Assembly (NCBI GenBank): GCA_965656495.1
Contig: CBFHKU010000011.1
Span: forward strand, 2,521-58,871
DNA length: 56,351 bases
Source of the DNA: Coraliomargaritaceae bacterium
GTDB taxonomy: Bacteria; Verrucomicrobiota; Verrucomicrobiia; Opitutales; Coraliomargaritaceae
Direction: 5' to 3'
Positions 45,852 to 55,958 of the stretch are shown in pieces; position 1 is the first letter of the stretch; every line of letters begins with the position of its first letter. The notes below the pieces were generated by a model. The model was given only the letters and a program-made list of their open reading frames with translations, did no database searches and was not told the DNA's origin. The position numbers and the translations under genes are program-made.

Positions 45852-47587
45852 GCAGTCGCTTCAAAATCCGCCAAGACCGCCTCGGGGCTGCGCAGGGATT
45901 CCGCCGGGAAAAATCCGTTGATTCGGTTGATAACCTGTTGAATGATTCCGTCCGGACAAGAGGCGCCGCCCGTCAAGAGTATGTGCCGAGGTTCCCGCTC
46001 CCGCTCCACTTCCAAGTGAAACTCACGTAGCATTTCGGGCTTGAGGTCATTGGTTTTTGAAGGCGATGGAAAAATATAGTGCCTCACTGAATCGCCTGAA
46101 AGCAGATTTGCCTCTGACTGGATGTAATGGGCGCGTTCTCCGATGGCTTCATGGCAAACCCGGTAGAGTTGAAAGGTATTTGAACTGTTTTTGCCGCCGA
46201 CCACCAGCGCCGCATCGATTGGATATTCCAACGCCTTGTGCAGCGCGTCTTGATTCACCTGTGTGGCATAACAGAGCGTGTCTCCCTTGCCCTGTGACCA
46301 AATGTGTTCTTTCGCGGCTTCAGGCCCATATTTCTCCGCCATCACGCCCTTCAAATACTCAATGATTTCAAGGGTTTCATTCCGCAAGAGGGTTGTCTGG
46401 TTGACCACCGCTATTCGCTTGAGATCGCGCTCGGCATCGAACCCTGCGGAATAGAGCCCTCCAAAAGCCTCCTTAAAACGATCGGTCTTTTTAGACTCAT
46501 CTGCCAAAATTATATCACCCAAAATCTCAGCGTGTTGACGGTTTCGGATCATCAGCGCGGGACCGTGCGCCGAGCTATTCGAAAATGTCGCTTTAGTCTC
46601 CTCGTGCTCGGATTTCCCATGGATGACCACGGTGTAACCCTCGTTTGCATAGCGCCGGGCTGACTTCCACACTTTTTCCACAAGCATGCAGGTTGCGTCG
46701 TGCTCGCGTATCGCAATGCCCTTCCGGATCAGGCGGGCTTTGTCCTCATTGGTCGCGCCAAATGCCGGAATGATAACAATATCATCGGATTGCAGCTGAT
46801 TCCACAAGGCGCCCGGATCCTGCGACCCGTTGGCAGGTTCACCGGTGGCGGTCAGCGGCAATCCCTTGTCGGTTTGGAGGTAACGCAGTCCCCGCGCGAG
46901 CAGGTCCGCATTAACGAAAGGATTGTGGATCAACTCGCTGAGCATGAAGACGCGCCGCCCGGGATTAGCGGCAACCGCCTCGTAGGCGCGTTCGATGGCG
47001 TTTTGCACCCCGAGGCAAAATCCAAAATGGCTGGGTATCACATAGCGCACCGGACCGAAATCCAGCACTGCCGGAGGGCCGGAGGTTTTTTCCTTGGCGC
47101 GCTTAGCCGCCTTGATCGCTGCGCACAACTGGCTCTGGTACAAGCCCGTCGATTTAGCATCGATATAAATCTCGCGATTCCGCTCCTTCGAGGTACGGAA
47201 ACGGTAGATGTATTCATTCTCGCCGAGATCCAGGTAGGGTAGGCGGGCAAGGTGAGGATCCAACGCCTCCAGTGCACTCGCCAGTGTATCGCTTAAGGTT
47301 TCACGACCGGCCTCCACTGCGTCCTCCAGTTCTCCCAGACTCAATCCCTCGCCTCTGGGAGCCACGCCTGCCTCAACCTTACAATACAGGTCCTTTTCGC
47401 CCGTCGCGGTGGACAGCCCGGTCATGTAGTGCCCGGATTCCGGCAGTGGTTCACCGGAGCCCCCGGCGTCTGCCACCTCTAATGGACCCTCCGCGTCGCG
47501 CCGAAGCAGCAAGCGGTAGTTCTGGTCAAAACACAATAGCAGCCAGGGCGCTGATGGGGTCGGCTTTTTTGGAGAGGTTTCGGGCAT
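45848..47587 (-). CDS. ispH: 4-hydroxy-3-methylbut-2-enyl diphosphate reductase with extra N-terminal domain
   Basis: FGFCLGV, IHN, DATC, HEE, NQTT, TLCYAT, GGKNSSNT and GASCPD motifs. 579 aa. Confidence 0.92.
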   Translation of the reverse strand: MPETSPKKPTPSAPWLLLCFDQNYRLLLRRDAEGPLEVADAGGSGEPLPESGHYMTGLSTATGEKDLYCKVEAGVAPRGEGLSLGELEDAVEAGRETLSDTLASALEALDPHLARLPYLDLGENEYIYRFRTSKERNREIYIDAKSTGLYQSQLCAAIKAAKRAKEKTSGPPAVLDFGPVRYVIPSHFGFCLGVQNAIERAYEAVAANPGRRVFMLSELIHNPFVNADLLARGLRYLQTDKGLPLTATGEPANGSQDPGALWNQLQSDDIVIIPAFGATNEDKARLIRKGIAIREHDATCMLVEKVWKSARRYANEGYTVVIHGKSEHEETKATFSNSSAHGPALMIRNRQHAEILGDIILADESKKTDRFKEAFGGLYSAGFDAERDLKRIAVVNQTTLLRNETLEIIEYLKGVMAEKYGPEAAKEHIWSQGKGDTLCYATQVNQDALHKALEYPIDAALVVGGKNSSNTFQLYRVCHEAIGERAHYIQSEANLLSGDSVRHYIFPSPSKTNDLKPEMLREFHLEVEREREPRHILLTGGASCPDGIIQQVINRINGFFPAESLRSPEAVLADFEATA

Positions 47588-47718
47588 GGCTCATAAAATG
47601 TCGATTGCTCCCTGCGGGTCAACTTTTGCTGGCAGCCTTTCCGTATTCTGCGATTGCACCACCCGCCTGCAGGCATCATCAATAAAAGCGTCATTCAACC
47701 CGCTTTAGATTAAACCAG

Positions 47719-48087
47719 ATGTTTCAATTAAATTTCAGCGAGCAAAGCATGCAGGAGCTCAACAAGCTCGATACCCGATCCCAAATGGAAGTGGTCGAGG
47801 TCGTCAGTTCCCTCAACAACGAACAATTGGAACATCCCGGGGAGCAGATCGGGCGCTTTCATCGCGCCGGAAAAACATTCTACCGGGTGCGGGCGGGCGA
47901 TTTTCGCATCTACTTTGAGCGTCAGGGGGATGCCCTCTTGGCTCACTACATCCTCCACCGCAATACCTTTACCGATTTCATTTTTCGCACGAAACTGCCG
48001 GTGACCGAGGAATTTTTGATCGAGCAGGAAGACTCCTTCTGGAAATACATTGAGAGTCTCCGGCACCGCGAAGATACTACCGATTGA
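47719..48087 (+). CDS. RelE/ParE-fold protein without adjacent antitoxin
   Basis: FQLNFSEQSMQELNKL...FYRVRAGDFRIYF matches the RelE pattern, plus a C-terminal extension. Confidence 0.7.
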   Translation: MFQLNFSEQSMQELNKLDTRSQMEVVEVVSSLNNEQLEHPGEQIGRFHRAGKTFYRVRAGDFRIYFERQGDALLAHYILHRNTFTDFIFRTKLPVTEEFLIEQEDSFWKYIESLRHREDTTD

Positions 48088-48908
48088 TGCCCCCAGAAAC
48101 ACATACTCCAACTCCAACTCCGGAGGACGCCACCGAAGCCAGTCGCATCTACCTGCTTCCCAACAGCCTTACTGCGGGCAATCTCTTTTTTGGCTTCCTC
48201 GCAATCCTGCGCTGTATTCAGGCAAACAATACCACCGAAGCCACCCTCGTGGCGCAGCATTTTTCACAGGCGGTTTGGTTCATCTTGCTTGCTATCATTT
48301 GTGATGCCCTCGATGGCCGCGTTGCCCGCATCGGCAACCGCGAATCCCTCTTTGGTAAAGAATTCGATTCCATTGCCGATGTTGTTTCATTTGGCGTGGC
48401 TCCGGCGCTCATGACCCTCTTCCTCATTCTCGCTCCGACCGAGAAATACCCCTTTTTCCTACAAACCGGATGGCTGATTGCCTTTGTTTACCTCCTTTGT
48501 GCCGGGATTCGTCTGGCGCGTTTCAACGTGCTCACGCACCCGCTACTGGAACCGCCCAAAGCACTCCTTGAAAGCAAGGATTTCATCGGTCTGCCTGTTC
48601 CCGCAGCGGCGGGCATGATCGCCTCACTTGTGCTGGTGCTCAATACCTTCGACTTGCGCGGCTGGGCCTTGCTGCTCCCACCGCTCCTCCTCGCAATCTC
48701 GATATTAATGGTCAGTAACATCGCATATCCCAGTTTCAAAACCGTTACCTGGCAAACTCGCACCCCTTTTCATACTTTCATTATTATCGTCATTGCGGTA
48801 GGCGTCGCCTTCACCTTCCGTGAGTTCTTTTTCGCGCTCCTTTTTCTCGGCTATATTTCCTATGGCCCCGCGCGTTATTTTTATCGTAAACGCTTGAAGA
48901 AGAACTGA
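48087..48908 (+). CDS. pssA: CDP-diacylglycerol--serine O-phosphatidyltransferase
   Basis: LPNSLTAGN, DALDGRVAR, EFDSIADVVSFGVAP, RLARFN and FIGLPVP motifs. Confidence 0.92.
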   Translation: MPPETHTPTPTPEDATEASRIYLLPNSLTAGNLFFGFLAILRCIQANNTTEATLVAQHFSQAVWFILLAIICDALDGRVARIGNRESLFGKEFDSIADVVSFGVAPALMTLFLILAPTEKYPFFLQTGWLIAFVYLLCAGIRLARFNVLTHPLLEPPKALLESKDFIGLPVPAAAGMIASLVLVLNTFDLRGWALLLPPLLLAISILMVSNIAYPSFKTVTWQTRTPFHTFIIIVIAVGVAFTFREFFFALLFLGYISYGPARYFYRKRLKKN

Positions 48909-48917
48909 CCTACTGAG

Positions 48918-49147
48918 TTTTGCACAACACCTGCCAAAAAACATGTCATAGCCTGTTAGTAAGCCGTTAATTCAAAAAACTTTTTCACATCCTTCACTTT
49001 TCCTAACCCCCAATCCCACCTTTATTCACCGAAAAAATTTTATCTATCCTACTTGCGATAAAGCAGTTGCTGCGTTTTTCTTACGTTTCACATTACCTAA
49101 TATTACGAAGGTATATATAAATTAAAAATAGACTAATATATAATAGT
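48918..49147. promoter_or_regulatory. DnaA-box cluster and AT-rich tract upstream of dnaN (candidate oriC or DnaA-regulated promoter)
   Basis: TTTTGCACA (48918) and TTTTTCACA (48981) fit TTWTNCACA. TTATTCACC (49022) has 1 mismatch. AT-rich run at about 49112-49146. Confidence 0.4.
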
Positions 49148-49181
49148 TGCCAGCAAGTTAAATTCACCCGAAAAAAGTAGC

Positions 49182-50306
49182 ATGAAATTCAAGATCAATC
49201 AGGACCACTTCAGCAACGGACTTCAACAAGTGCTCAATGTCGTTGCGACCCGTTCAACCATGCCCATCCTGAGCAATGTTCTCATCGAAGCCAGCGATGG
49301 ACACATATCCCTCACCACCACCAATCTCGATCTTGGAATCCGTTGTCGCATCAAAGCCGAAGTCGAAGAACCCGGTGGTATCACGCTCCCCGTTCGCAAA
49401 CTCGCCACCATCGTCCGCGAACTCCCTCAAAGCGATATTTTCATTGAAACCGGCAACAACAATCAGGCTAAAATTACCTCCGGCGGTTCCCTTTTCCGCA
49501 TCATGGGAATCAGTATCGAAGAATTTCCACCGCTCCCCACCTTCGAAAACCGTCATGTCTTTGAGCTCAGCCAGGAAGACATCGTCGGTATGCTCAAGAG
49601 CGTTTCTTACGGTCAGTCCACCGACGAAAACCGTTATATCCTCAACGGGGTCTATTTCAGCTTTGCCGATGAGAAGCTGACCCTCGTCGCAACCGACGGT
49701 CGCCGCCTCGCGCTCACTGCGCTGGAAACCGAGATCAGTGAGGACAACACCGGGAGTCTCATTCTACCCGCCAAAACCGTTGCCGAACTCGAGCGACTCC
49801 TCGGCAAAGGCGAAAAAGTCAAAATCGCTTTCAACGACCGCCAAGTTGCCTTTGAAATCGCAATCGATGCCGACGATTCCGGTCTGGTGGATGAACTCTA
49901 CCTCGTTTCAAAAATTGTCGAGGGCAAATATCCCAACTACCGACAAGTCATTCCAAAAGAAACCGAACACCGCGTAAAAGTGGAACGTGAGCTCATGCTC
50001 GAATGCGTCCACCGCGCCGCTCTGGTGACTTCGGACAAAAGCAATTCTGTGCGCCTTAAGGTCAGTAAGAACCTCCTTGAAATTTCAGGGTCTTCCAGTG
50101 AATACGGAGAATCCCACGAATCCATGGCGATTGCTTACGATGGCCCCGAAGTGCAGGTCGCCTTCAATCCACAATTCCTCATGGAACCGCTCAAAGCCCT
50201 TACCAAAGACGAAGTCTTCTTTGAATTTAAGGACGAGATGAGCCCCGGCTTGTTCAAGACACTCGACAACTTCATTTGTGTCATCATGCCCCTTCGCTTG
50301 AACTAA
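49182..50306 (+). CDS. dnaN: DNA polymerase III beta clamp
   Basis: [23 protein letters not shown] and VIMPLRL motifs. Confidence 0.97.
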   Translation: MKFKINQDHFSNGLQQVLNVVATRSTMPILSNVLIEASDGHISLTTTNLDLGIRCRIKAEVEEPGGITLPVRKLATIVRELPQSDIFIETGNNNQAKITSGGSLFRIMGISIEEFPPLPTFENRHVFELSQEDIVGMLKSVSYGQSTDENRYILNGVYFSFADEKLTLVATDGRRLALTALETEISEDNTGSLILPAKTVAELERLLGKGEKVKIAFNDRQVAFEIAIDADDSGLVDELYLVSKIVEGKYPNYRQVIPKETEHRVKVERELMLECVHRAALVTSDKSNSVRLKVSKNLLEISGSSSEYGESHESMAIAYDGPEVQVAFNPQFLMEPLKALTKDEVFFEFKDEMSPGLFKTLDNFICVIMPLRLN

Positions 50307-50716
50307 TCCGCAGGCTTTTTTTCGAAGCGGTATTCAAGGAAGTTGCGATACCGGGGCCAGTAATTATAGACCGAAGCAGCCACCAGCGCACCGGCGCAGT
50401 CAGCCAACCAATCGGCAAATTCTACCGCACGCCCCGGCGTCATCGACTGACGCCATTCGTCCAGCCCTCCGTAGCACATCACCAAGAGCGCTGCAGATAA
50501 CCAACCGATCATCCCGCGCTTTGAAAAATACGGGAGGCGTAGAATGCTGGTTGTTATCAGGCCAAAAATAAAAAAATGACCGATCTTGTCCGGCGAAATG
50601 ACAAAGCTGAGATCCGGGGTGGCGAGCTCCGAGGTTGAAGAAAGGGCATACACGATTGCCATCAATAATACCGGCCAAACGTAGTCCCGGGTTTTAACAG
50701 GAATTAAGGCAGTCAT
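50303..50716 (-). CDS. VanZ-family membrane protein
   Basis: [21 protein letters not shown] and DWLAD motifs. TGATG overlap with the upstream kinase. Confidence 0.85.
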   Translation of the reverse strand: MTALIPVKTRDYVWPVLLMAIVYALSSTSELATPDLSFVISPDKIGHFFIFGLITTSILRLPYFSKRGMIGWLSAALLVMCYGGLDEWRQSMTPGRAVEFADWLADCAGALVAASVYNYWPRYRNFLEYRFEKKPAD

Positions 50717-52404
50717 CAATTAAGCGGTAGATGAAAGGAAAAGGTCGTTCCAGCGGAAGAGGAATCCACTAAATTGATATCACCGCGGTGAGCACGCAAA
50801 ATTTGCTTACTGATGGAGAGGCCCAAGCCCGTTCCCTCGGCGCGATGCGTTAGGAAGGATTCAAAGATCTTTTCTTGCGCCTCCGGCGGCATACCCGGCC
50901 CATTGTCCGTTATTTTAAAGAGCGCCTGGTTTCCCTCGCGACGCGTGCCGATTGAAATTCGTCCACCCCCCGGCATCACCGCGACGGCATTTAAGATAAG
51001 ATTCAGTACCACCTGTTGTATTTGTCCTTTATTCACTGTTATAATTAGCGCCTCCGTGCAGGGCTCGTAGTCAACCTTGATGCGCATTTGTTCCATCTTC
51101 AAACGCACCAGTTGCAAAGTTTCTTCGGTCAACTGATTCAGGTTATAATTTCCATTCAAACCTTCACGCATTCGACCGAAGCCCAGCACCCGCTCCACGA
51201 TAACCTCCAATTGCTCGAACTTCTCACGAATCAGGGTGACATCCCGTTCCCGCTCGTCGCCTGCCTCAAAGTGCAGATCCAGCGAATCAAAAAGTAACTT
51301 TATGACGGTGAGCGGGTTGCGGATCTCATGGGCGATTTCGGCCGTTAACATCCCCAGGGTCGTCAGCTTTTCATTTCGCCGCAGGGAATCCTCGGTTTTA
51401 AAAATACGCGCGTAGAGTTCCGCATTCTGGCAAACGATTGCCCCCAGGGCTGCGAGGGTGCTGAATGCCTTGCGCTCATCATTGTTGAAGCGGTGCGGTT
51501 CATCCGTAAAGGCCGCAATCACCCCCTTGACCTCGTCATCAAATATCAGGGGCGCCGCCAACATTGAGACCAAGCCCTCGCGTTGAATGACCTTCAAAAA
51601 GTCACTCTCCTCCGCATAGGAAATATTTCCCACTTCCGAGAGTTTGCGCCTCCGGACCGCCGACCCCATCGCGCTGTCCACCAAGGCGACCGGCTCACCG
51701 TATTCCATCGGCCCCGAGCGTCCCGCAATTTCTCGCATCTCCAAAAATTTACCATCCCCACTCAGCCAAAAAACACCACAACTGTGACAATCCAGAATCT
51801 GCCGGCCCTGAATCGCCAAACTGCGCAGGATTCGACCCAAATCCATCTGTCCCGCGATTCGACCCCCCAGATTTACCAGTGATTGCAGTTGGTTTGCCTT
51901 CGTCCGCAGTTGCCGAATCAACCACAAGCGGCTCACTACCCGGCTCGCCTCAGCCGTCAGTAAGCTCAAAATCTTCAGTGCCGAACCATCAAAGGCATTT
52001 ACCTTGTCGCTGTCCACCACCACCACGCCGATCACAGTTCCACCGTCTTCCATCGGAACCGCCATTTCCGAACGGATCTCCGGACGCACCGTAATATAGA
52101 GCGGTTCCTTGCTAACATCCTGCACCACCTTGGCGACTCCGTGCAGCGCCACCCATCCCGTTATTCCCTGACCCAGTTCCAGCGCCAGATTATTCCAATC
52201 ATCCGGGAAACCATGCGCGACCTCCAATTCCAAACGTTGCGTGTCTCGGTTCATCAGGCAAATGCTGACCCCGCTTGGCTCCAGAACCCGCACGATCTCA
52301 CCCATGATAAGGCGCAAAGCTTCCCTTGGGTCTTCCGTGCTGGAGACCAAACTGCTGATGCGGTAAAGGGAATCAAGGGCCCGGCTTTCGCTCTCGCTTG
52401 CCAT
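50716..52404 (-). CDS. Cytoplasmic GAF-GAF histidine kinase (NtrB-like H box)
   Basis: Two GAF repeats, AEIAHEIRNPL, NLILNA, DNGPG and GTGLGL motifs. No TM segment. Confidence 0.88.
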   Translation of the reverse strand: MASESESRALDSLYRISSLVSSTEDPREALRLIMGEIVRVLEPSGVSICLMNRDTQRLELEVAHGFPDDWNNLALELGQGITGWVALHGVAKVVQDVSKEPLYITVRPEIRSEMAVPMEDGGTVIGVVVVDSDKVNAFDGSALKILSLLTAEASRVVSRLWLIRQLRTKANQLQSLVNLGGRIAGQMDLGRILRSLAIQGRQILDCHSCGVFWLSGDGKFLEMREIAGRSGPMEYGEPVALVDSAMGSAVRRRKLSEVGNISYAEESDFLKVIQREGLVSMLAAPLIFDDEVKGVIAAFTDEPHRFNNDERKAFSTLAALGAIVCQNAELYARIFKTEDSLRRNEKLTTLGMLTAEIAHEIRNPLTVIKLLFDSLDLHFEAGDERERDVTLIREKFEQLEVIVERVLGFGRMREGLNGNYNLNQLTEETLQLVRLKMEQMRIKVDYEPCTEALIITVNKGQIQQVVLNLILNAVAVMPGGGRISIGTRREGNQALFKITDNGPGMPPEAQEKIFESFLTHRAEGTGLGLSISKQILRAHRGDINLVDSSSAGTTFSFHLPLN

Positions 52405-52446
52405 TATGATGGTGTAGTGTCAGCTTTCCGCCGACGGCGCAAGTCG

Positions 52447-55263
52447 TTATCTGGCGAGATCGCTCCGCGTGATCGCCTCCAATTCCTCGCGCAAGTCAAG
52501 GAGGTTGTCCGAATCCACCTGTTCCGCATCTTTGCGATGCTCAATGTAGAAAGTATCCATTGCTACCCCTCGTTCCGTCGCAATACGTGCGAAGGTTATA
52601 TCAAAACCCTTACTGTGGATGAGCCGCGCCAAACGATACAGCAAACCGAGTCGGTCCGAGGCTTGCACTTCAATAATGGTGCGTTTGAGTGAGAGTTCAT
52701 GGTAAACATCCACCCGCGGCGGGAAGGGCGCCGGCAGTAGATCGCGGTTCTTCTGCGCCTTCGTTTTTTGCTCCTCCGCTTCTTTTAAATCAATAGCGTG
52801 CTGTAAACGCTTGCCCTCCACCAGGGCCTCATGCAAATGCCGCTGGAAGACTTCCAATGCACCCTCGTCGCTTACCAGGCCGCCGCCGGTGTCCATGATG
52901 TAGAAGGTATCAATCGAGATGTGATCCCTGCGAGTGATCGCTTTGGTGCTCAGGATATTGACTCCCGCCAAGGTGAGGGCTCCCGCCAGTTTGTAGAAAA
53001 GCCCCGCCCGATCCCAAGTGACCACATTGACCACCGTCAGGCTCAGGTCGGGATCATTGCGCCAATCAATGACCGGCATGAGCGAACTCACCGAGTCAGA
53101 GCTCTGTATCTGCCCCATTAAATCATGCGCCATCCGCATGTGCAGCGCAATCTCCTCGGCTTGCGTGTTGATGAAGTAACGTTCCGGTAGCAGGCTGAAA
53201 TGTGCCTGCATCTCCTCCACGCTCAAGCCCTCCGGCAGGTGGCTCAGAATCTCCTCGTGCAGCATGGCGATGCGCTCCTTTCGTTTACCTTCAATGACGT
53301 CTTCATCCGCAAAGGCTTCCAGGGTTCCCAGAAAAAGTTGCCGGTGCATGGAGTCTTTGTACGCATTCCAAAGCGTTGGCGCGGTCCCCCGTGCATCGCA
53401 GTAGGTGTGCACGTATAGAAAGCGCAATTTTTGCGGATCTTCGACCTTTTCGGCAAATGCGGCTGTTGTTTCGGGGTCATCCAAGTCATAGCGTTGCCAG
53501 ATTCGTGCCATTTCCAAATGATTGCGGATAATAAATAAAATAACTTCCTGTTGCTGAGGATCGATGCCGAAGCGATCCAGAATCGGTCGCGCTATCCGGG
53601 CACCGGCGGCATCATGCCCTTTAATACCCTCTGCTTTGCCAATATCGTGGAGGAGCAGAATCAAATAAAGCAAGAGCGGATCGTCATTTTGCCGCAGCGC
53701 CTTTTCGTAGGCCCCGCTTACCGCATCCACTTTTTGAAAGACCCGGTCCAGATGTTTGATGGTCTGCAGCACATGCATGTCCGCAGTGTAACGATGGTAG
53801 AATTCATGCTGCACCCGACAGGTCAATTGCCCGAATTCCGGCAGGTAACGCCCCAAAACTCCCAAATTGTGCATCTCCACCAATATCGGGTAAACCTCAC
53901 CCGCGCTCCTCAAAATACTACAAAAACTCTTCGCTGCCGAACGGCTCTGGATCAAGCTCCCGTCGATTAACGGAATCGAACGCGAGACCAGAAATTTCAA
54001 ATCCGGGTCCATCTTTGCCCCGAATTGTTGTATGTATCTAAAGATACGAATCAAACGCACCGGAGACTCCGCAAACACCTTTTTCGACTCCGCGCGGAAG
54101 ACTCGATCCTGCAAAATGAAGCCGTCCACTCGCTTCTGTCGGCCCTTTTGGTGAGCCCGCAGAGCATCGCCAAAAGTGTATCGCCACCGCGCCCCGTCCG
54201 AGTCTCCCGTACTCAAGGCCAATCGTTCCTTCAGGAGTTCACTCGTGTGATAAATCGTTCGCACCGCCCGGTAGTAATCCATCATGAAGGCTTCCACCCG
54301 TTCAAAGATATCCTCCTGTGGGTAGTTTAAGCCCTCGGCAATTTGCGGTTGCTGCTCCAGTAAAAGCTGTTCGGTCGGGCGCTTGTTTTGCAGGTGCAGC
54401 TCCGTCCGTACCCGCAGCAGAAAATCATAGGCACGCTCCATCGCGAGCCGTTCATCCCGTCGCAACAACCGCGCTTTTTGAATCGCCTCAAAGCTTTCAT
54501 AACCAAATTTGATGTGCGCCATCCACAAAATATTCTGGTAGTCGCGCAACCCGCCCACTCCATTCTTCACGTCCGGTTCCTGCAAATATGCCGTGTTGCC
54601 CGCCTTCCCGTGCCGCGCTTTCTCATCGATCAGACGTTGCTTGATATAATCCCGGGGGTTCTCCGTCTGTACATATTTCATGAAACGCGCACGCATCTTA
54701 TCGTAGAGCGGTTCCGAGCCGCAGATGAAGCGTGATTCAAGAATCGCATTCTTCGATTGAATCTCCGCGCGGGCCTCCGCCAAGACCTCCCGCGTGTTGC
54801 GCGAGGCATGCCCCACTTTCCAGCCAAAATCCCATAGGGGGTACAGAATTTCCTCCGTTAGAATTTCCTGAAAACTCTCAAAGCGCTCCTTGTTCGAGAT
54901 CCGCTCGGGATAAAGAAACATAATATCGATATCACTGTGCGGGTTCAATTCCGCCCGCCCGTAGCCCCCCGTTGCCAGCACCGCCATCTTACACGGCAAA
55001 CGGCCTTTTTCTGTAGCATAACGATTCAAGGCCGCCAAAAAAAGATTCTCGATCACCACATCCACCATCACGGTCCGCGCCTGACAAATCTTCCGACCCG
55101 ACCAGCCCTTCCGGTGGTCGCGCAGCAACAATTCATTTTCCAATTCCAGAAAACGTTTGTAGGCGGGCAATTGCTCGCTCCGGGGCACGCCCGGATCAAA
55201 AGCCAGACGCTTTTGGGCGTGTTGATGGAGCCGGTTGAGGCTGGGTGATTGAATCGGAGGCAT
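52447..55263 (-). CDS. glnD: PII uridylyltransferase/uridylyl-removing enzyme
   Basis: ATGGYGRAELNPHSDID, KNGVGGLRD, LLHDIGK and two ACT domains (DRAGL, DRLGLL). Confidence 0.95.
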   Translation of the reverse strand: MPPIQSPSLNRLHQHAQKRLAFDPGVPRSEQLPAYKRFLELENELLLRDHRKGWSGRKICQARTVMVDVVIENLFLAALNRYATEKGRLPCKMAVLATGGYGRAELNPHSDIDIMFLYPERISNKERFESFQEILTEEILYPLWDFGWKVGHASRNTREVLAEARAEIQSKNAILESRFICGSEPLYDKMRARFMKYVQTENPRDYIKQRLIDEKARHGKAGNTAYLQEPDVKNGVGGLRDYQNILWMAHIKFGYESFEAIQKARLLRRDERLAMERAYDFLLRVRTELHLQNKRPTEQLLLEQQPQIAEGLNYPQEDIFERVEAFMMDYYRAVRTIYHTSELLKERLALSTGDSDGARWRYTFGDALRAHQKGRQKRVDGFILQDRVFRAESKKVFAESPVRLIRIFRYIQQFGAKMDPDLKFLVSRSIPLIDGSLIQSRSAAKSFCSILRSAGEVYPILVEMHNLGVLGRYLPEFGQLTCRVQHEFYHRYTADMHVLQTIKHLDRVFQKVDAVSGAYEKALRQNDDPLLLYLILLLHDIGKAEGIKGHDAAGARIARPILDRFGIDPQQQEVILFIIRNHLEMARIWQRYDLDDPETTAAFAEKVEDPQKLRFLYVHTYCDARGTAPTLWNAYKDSMHRQLFLGTLEAFADEDVIEGKRKERIAMLHEEILSHLPEGLSVEEMQAHFSLLPERYFINTQAEEIALHMRMAHDLMGQIQSSDSVSSLMPVIDWRNDPDLSLTVVNVVTWDRAGLFYKLAGALTLAGVNILSTKAITRRDHISIDTFYIMDTGGGLVSDEGALEVFQRHLHEALVEGKRLQHAIDLKEAEEQKTKAQKNRDLLPAPFPPRVDVYHELSLKRTIIEVQASDRLGLLYRLARLIHSKGFDITFARIATERGVAMDTFYIEHRKDAEQVDSDNLLDLREELEAITRSDLAR

Positions 55264-55404
55264 AACTTTTTTGCTACCTCATCACAATACCACCCCTCGC
55301 AAAACACCACGCAAAAAACACGCTTTCGCTTTTGACCCCGCCGCGCTTTTCTCCCAACTTTACATTTTAAACGTCCAACTATCACTATCCAACGCACCCG
55401 AAAC

Positions 55405-55938
55405 ATGCAAATTGCCGCCGACTCCGTTGTCTCCATCGACTACACCCTCAAGAACGATGAGGGCACTATCATTGACCAGTCCCAGCCCGGACAGCCAATG
55501 GATTACCTGCATGGTCATCGCAACATCATCCCCGGCCTTGAAAATGCCCTCCTGGGCAAATCGGTTGGCGAATCGGTAGAGGTACGCATTGAGCCTGCCG
55601 AAGGTTACGGTGAATTCAACCCCGCCCTCGAACAAGTAGTGCCCCGCGAGCGCTTCCAGGGGGTCGACAATCTCGAAGTCGGCATGCAATTTCAGGCGAG
55701 CACCGAACAAGGCCCCGTGGCGGTGCGCGTTAAAAAAGTGGAGGGTGAAGACGTCACGGTTGACGGGAACCATCCCCTTGCCGGACAACATTTGAATTTC
55801 TCGGTAACGGTGCAGAACGTACGCGAAGCCACCGAAGAAGAAAAAGCCCACGGCCACATGCACCAGGGTGGCGGCGAAGGCGGCTGTTGCGGCGGCAGCG
55901 GCGGCGAAGGTGAAGGCGGCGGTTGCGGTTGTAACTAA
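55405..55938 (+). CDS. slyD: FKBP-type peptidyl-prolyl isomerase SlyD
   Basis: IPGLENAL, DGNHPLAG and a His/Cys/Gly-rich tail. Confidence 0.93.
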   Translation: MQIAADSVVSIDYTLKNDEGTIIDQSQPGQPMDYLHGHRNIIPGLENALLGKSVGESVEVRIEPAEGYGEFNPALEQVVPRERFQGVDNLEVGMQFQASTEQGPVAVRVKKVEGEDVTVDGNHPLAGQHLNFSVTVQNVREATEEEKAHGHMHQGGGEGGCCGGSGGEGEGGGCGCN

Positions 55939-55958
55939 AGCCGCACACCCCTGCTAGG

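Noticed and set aside
50303..50716. vanZ as evidence of glycopeptide resistance
   Set aside because: VanZ-like proteins are widespread and no other van genes are present.
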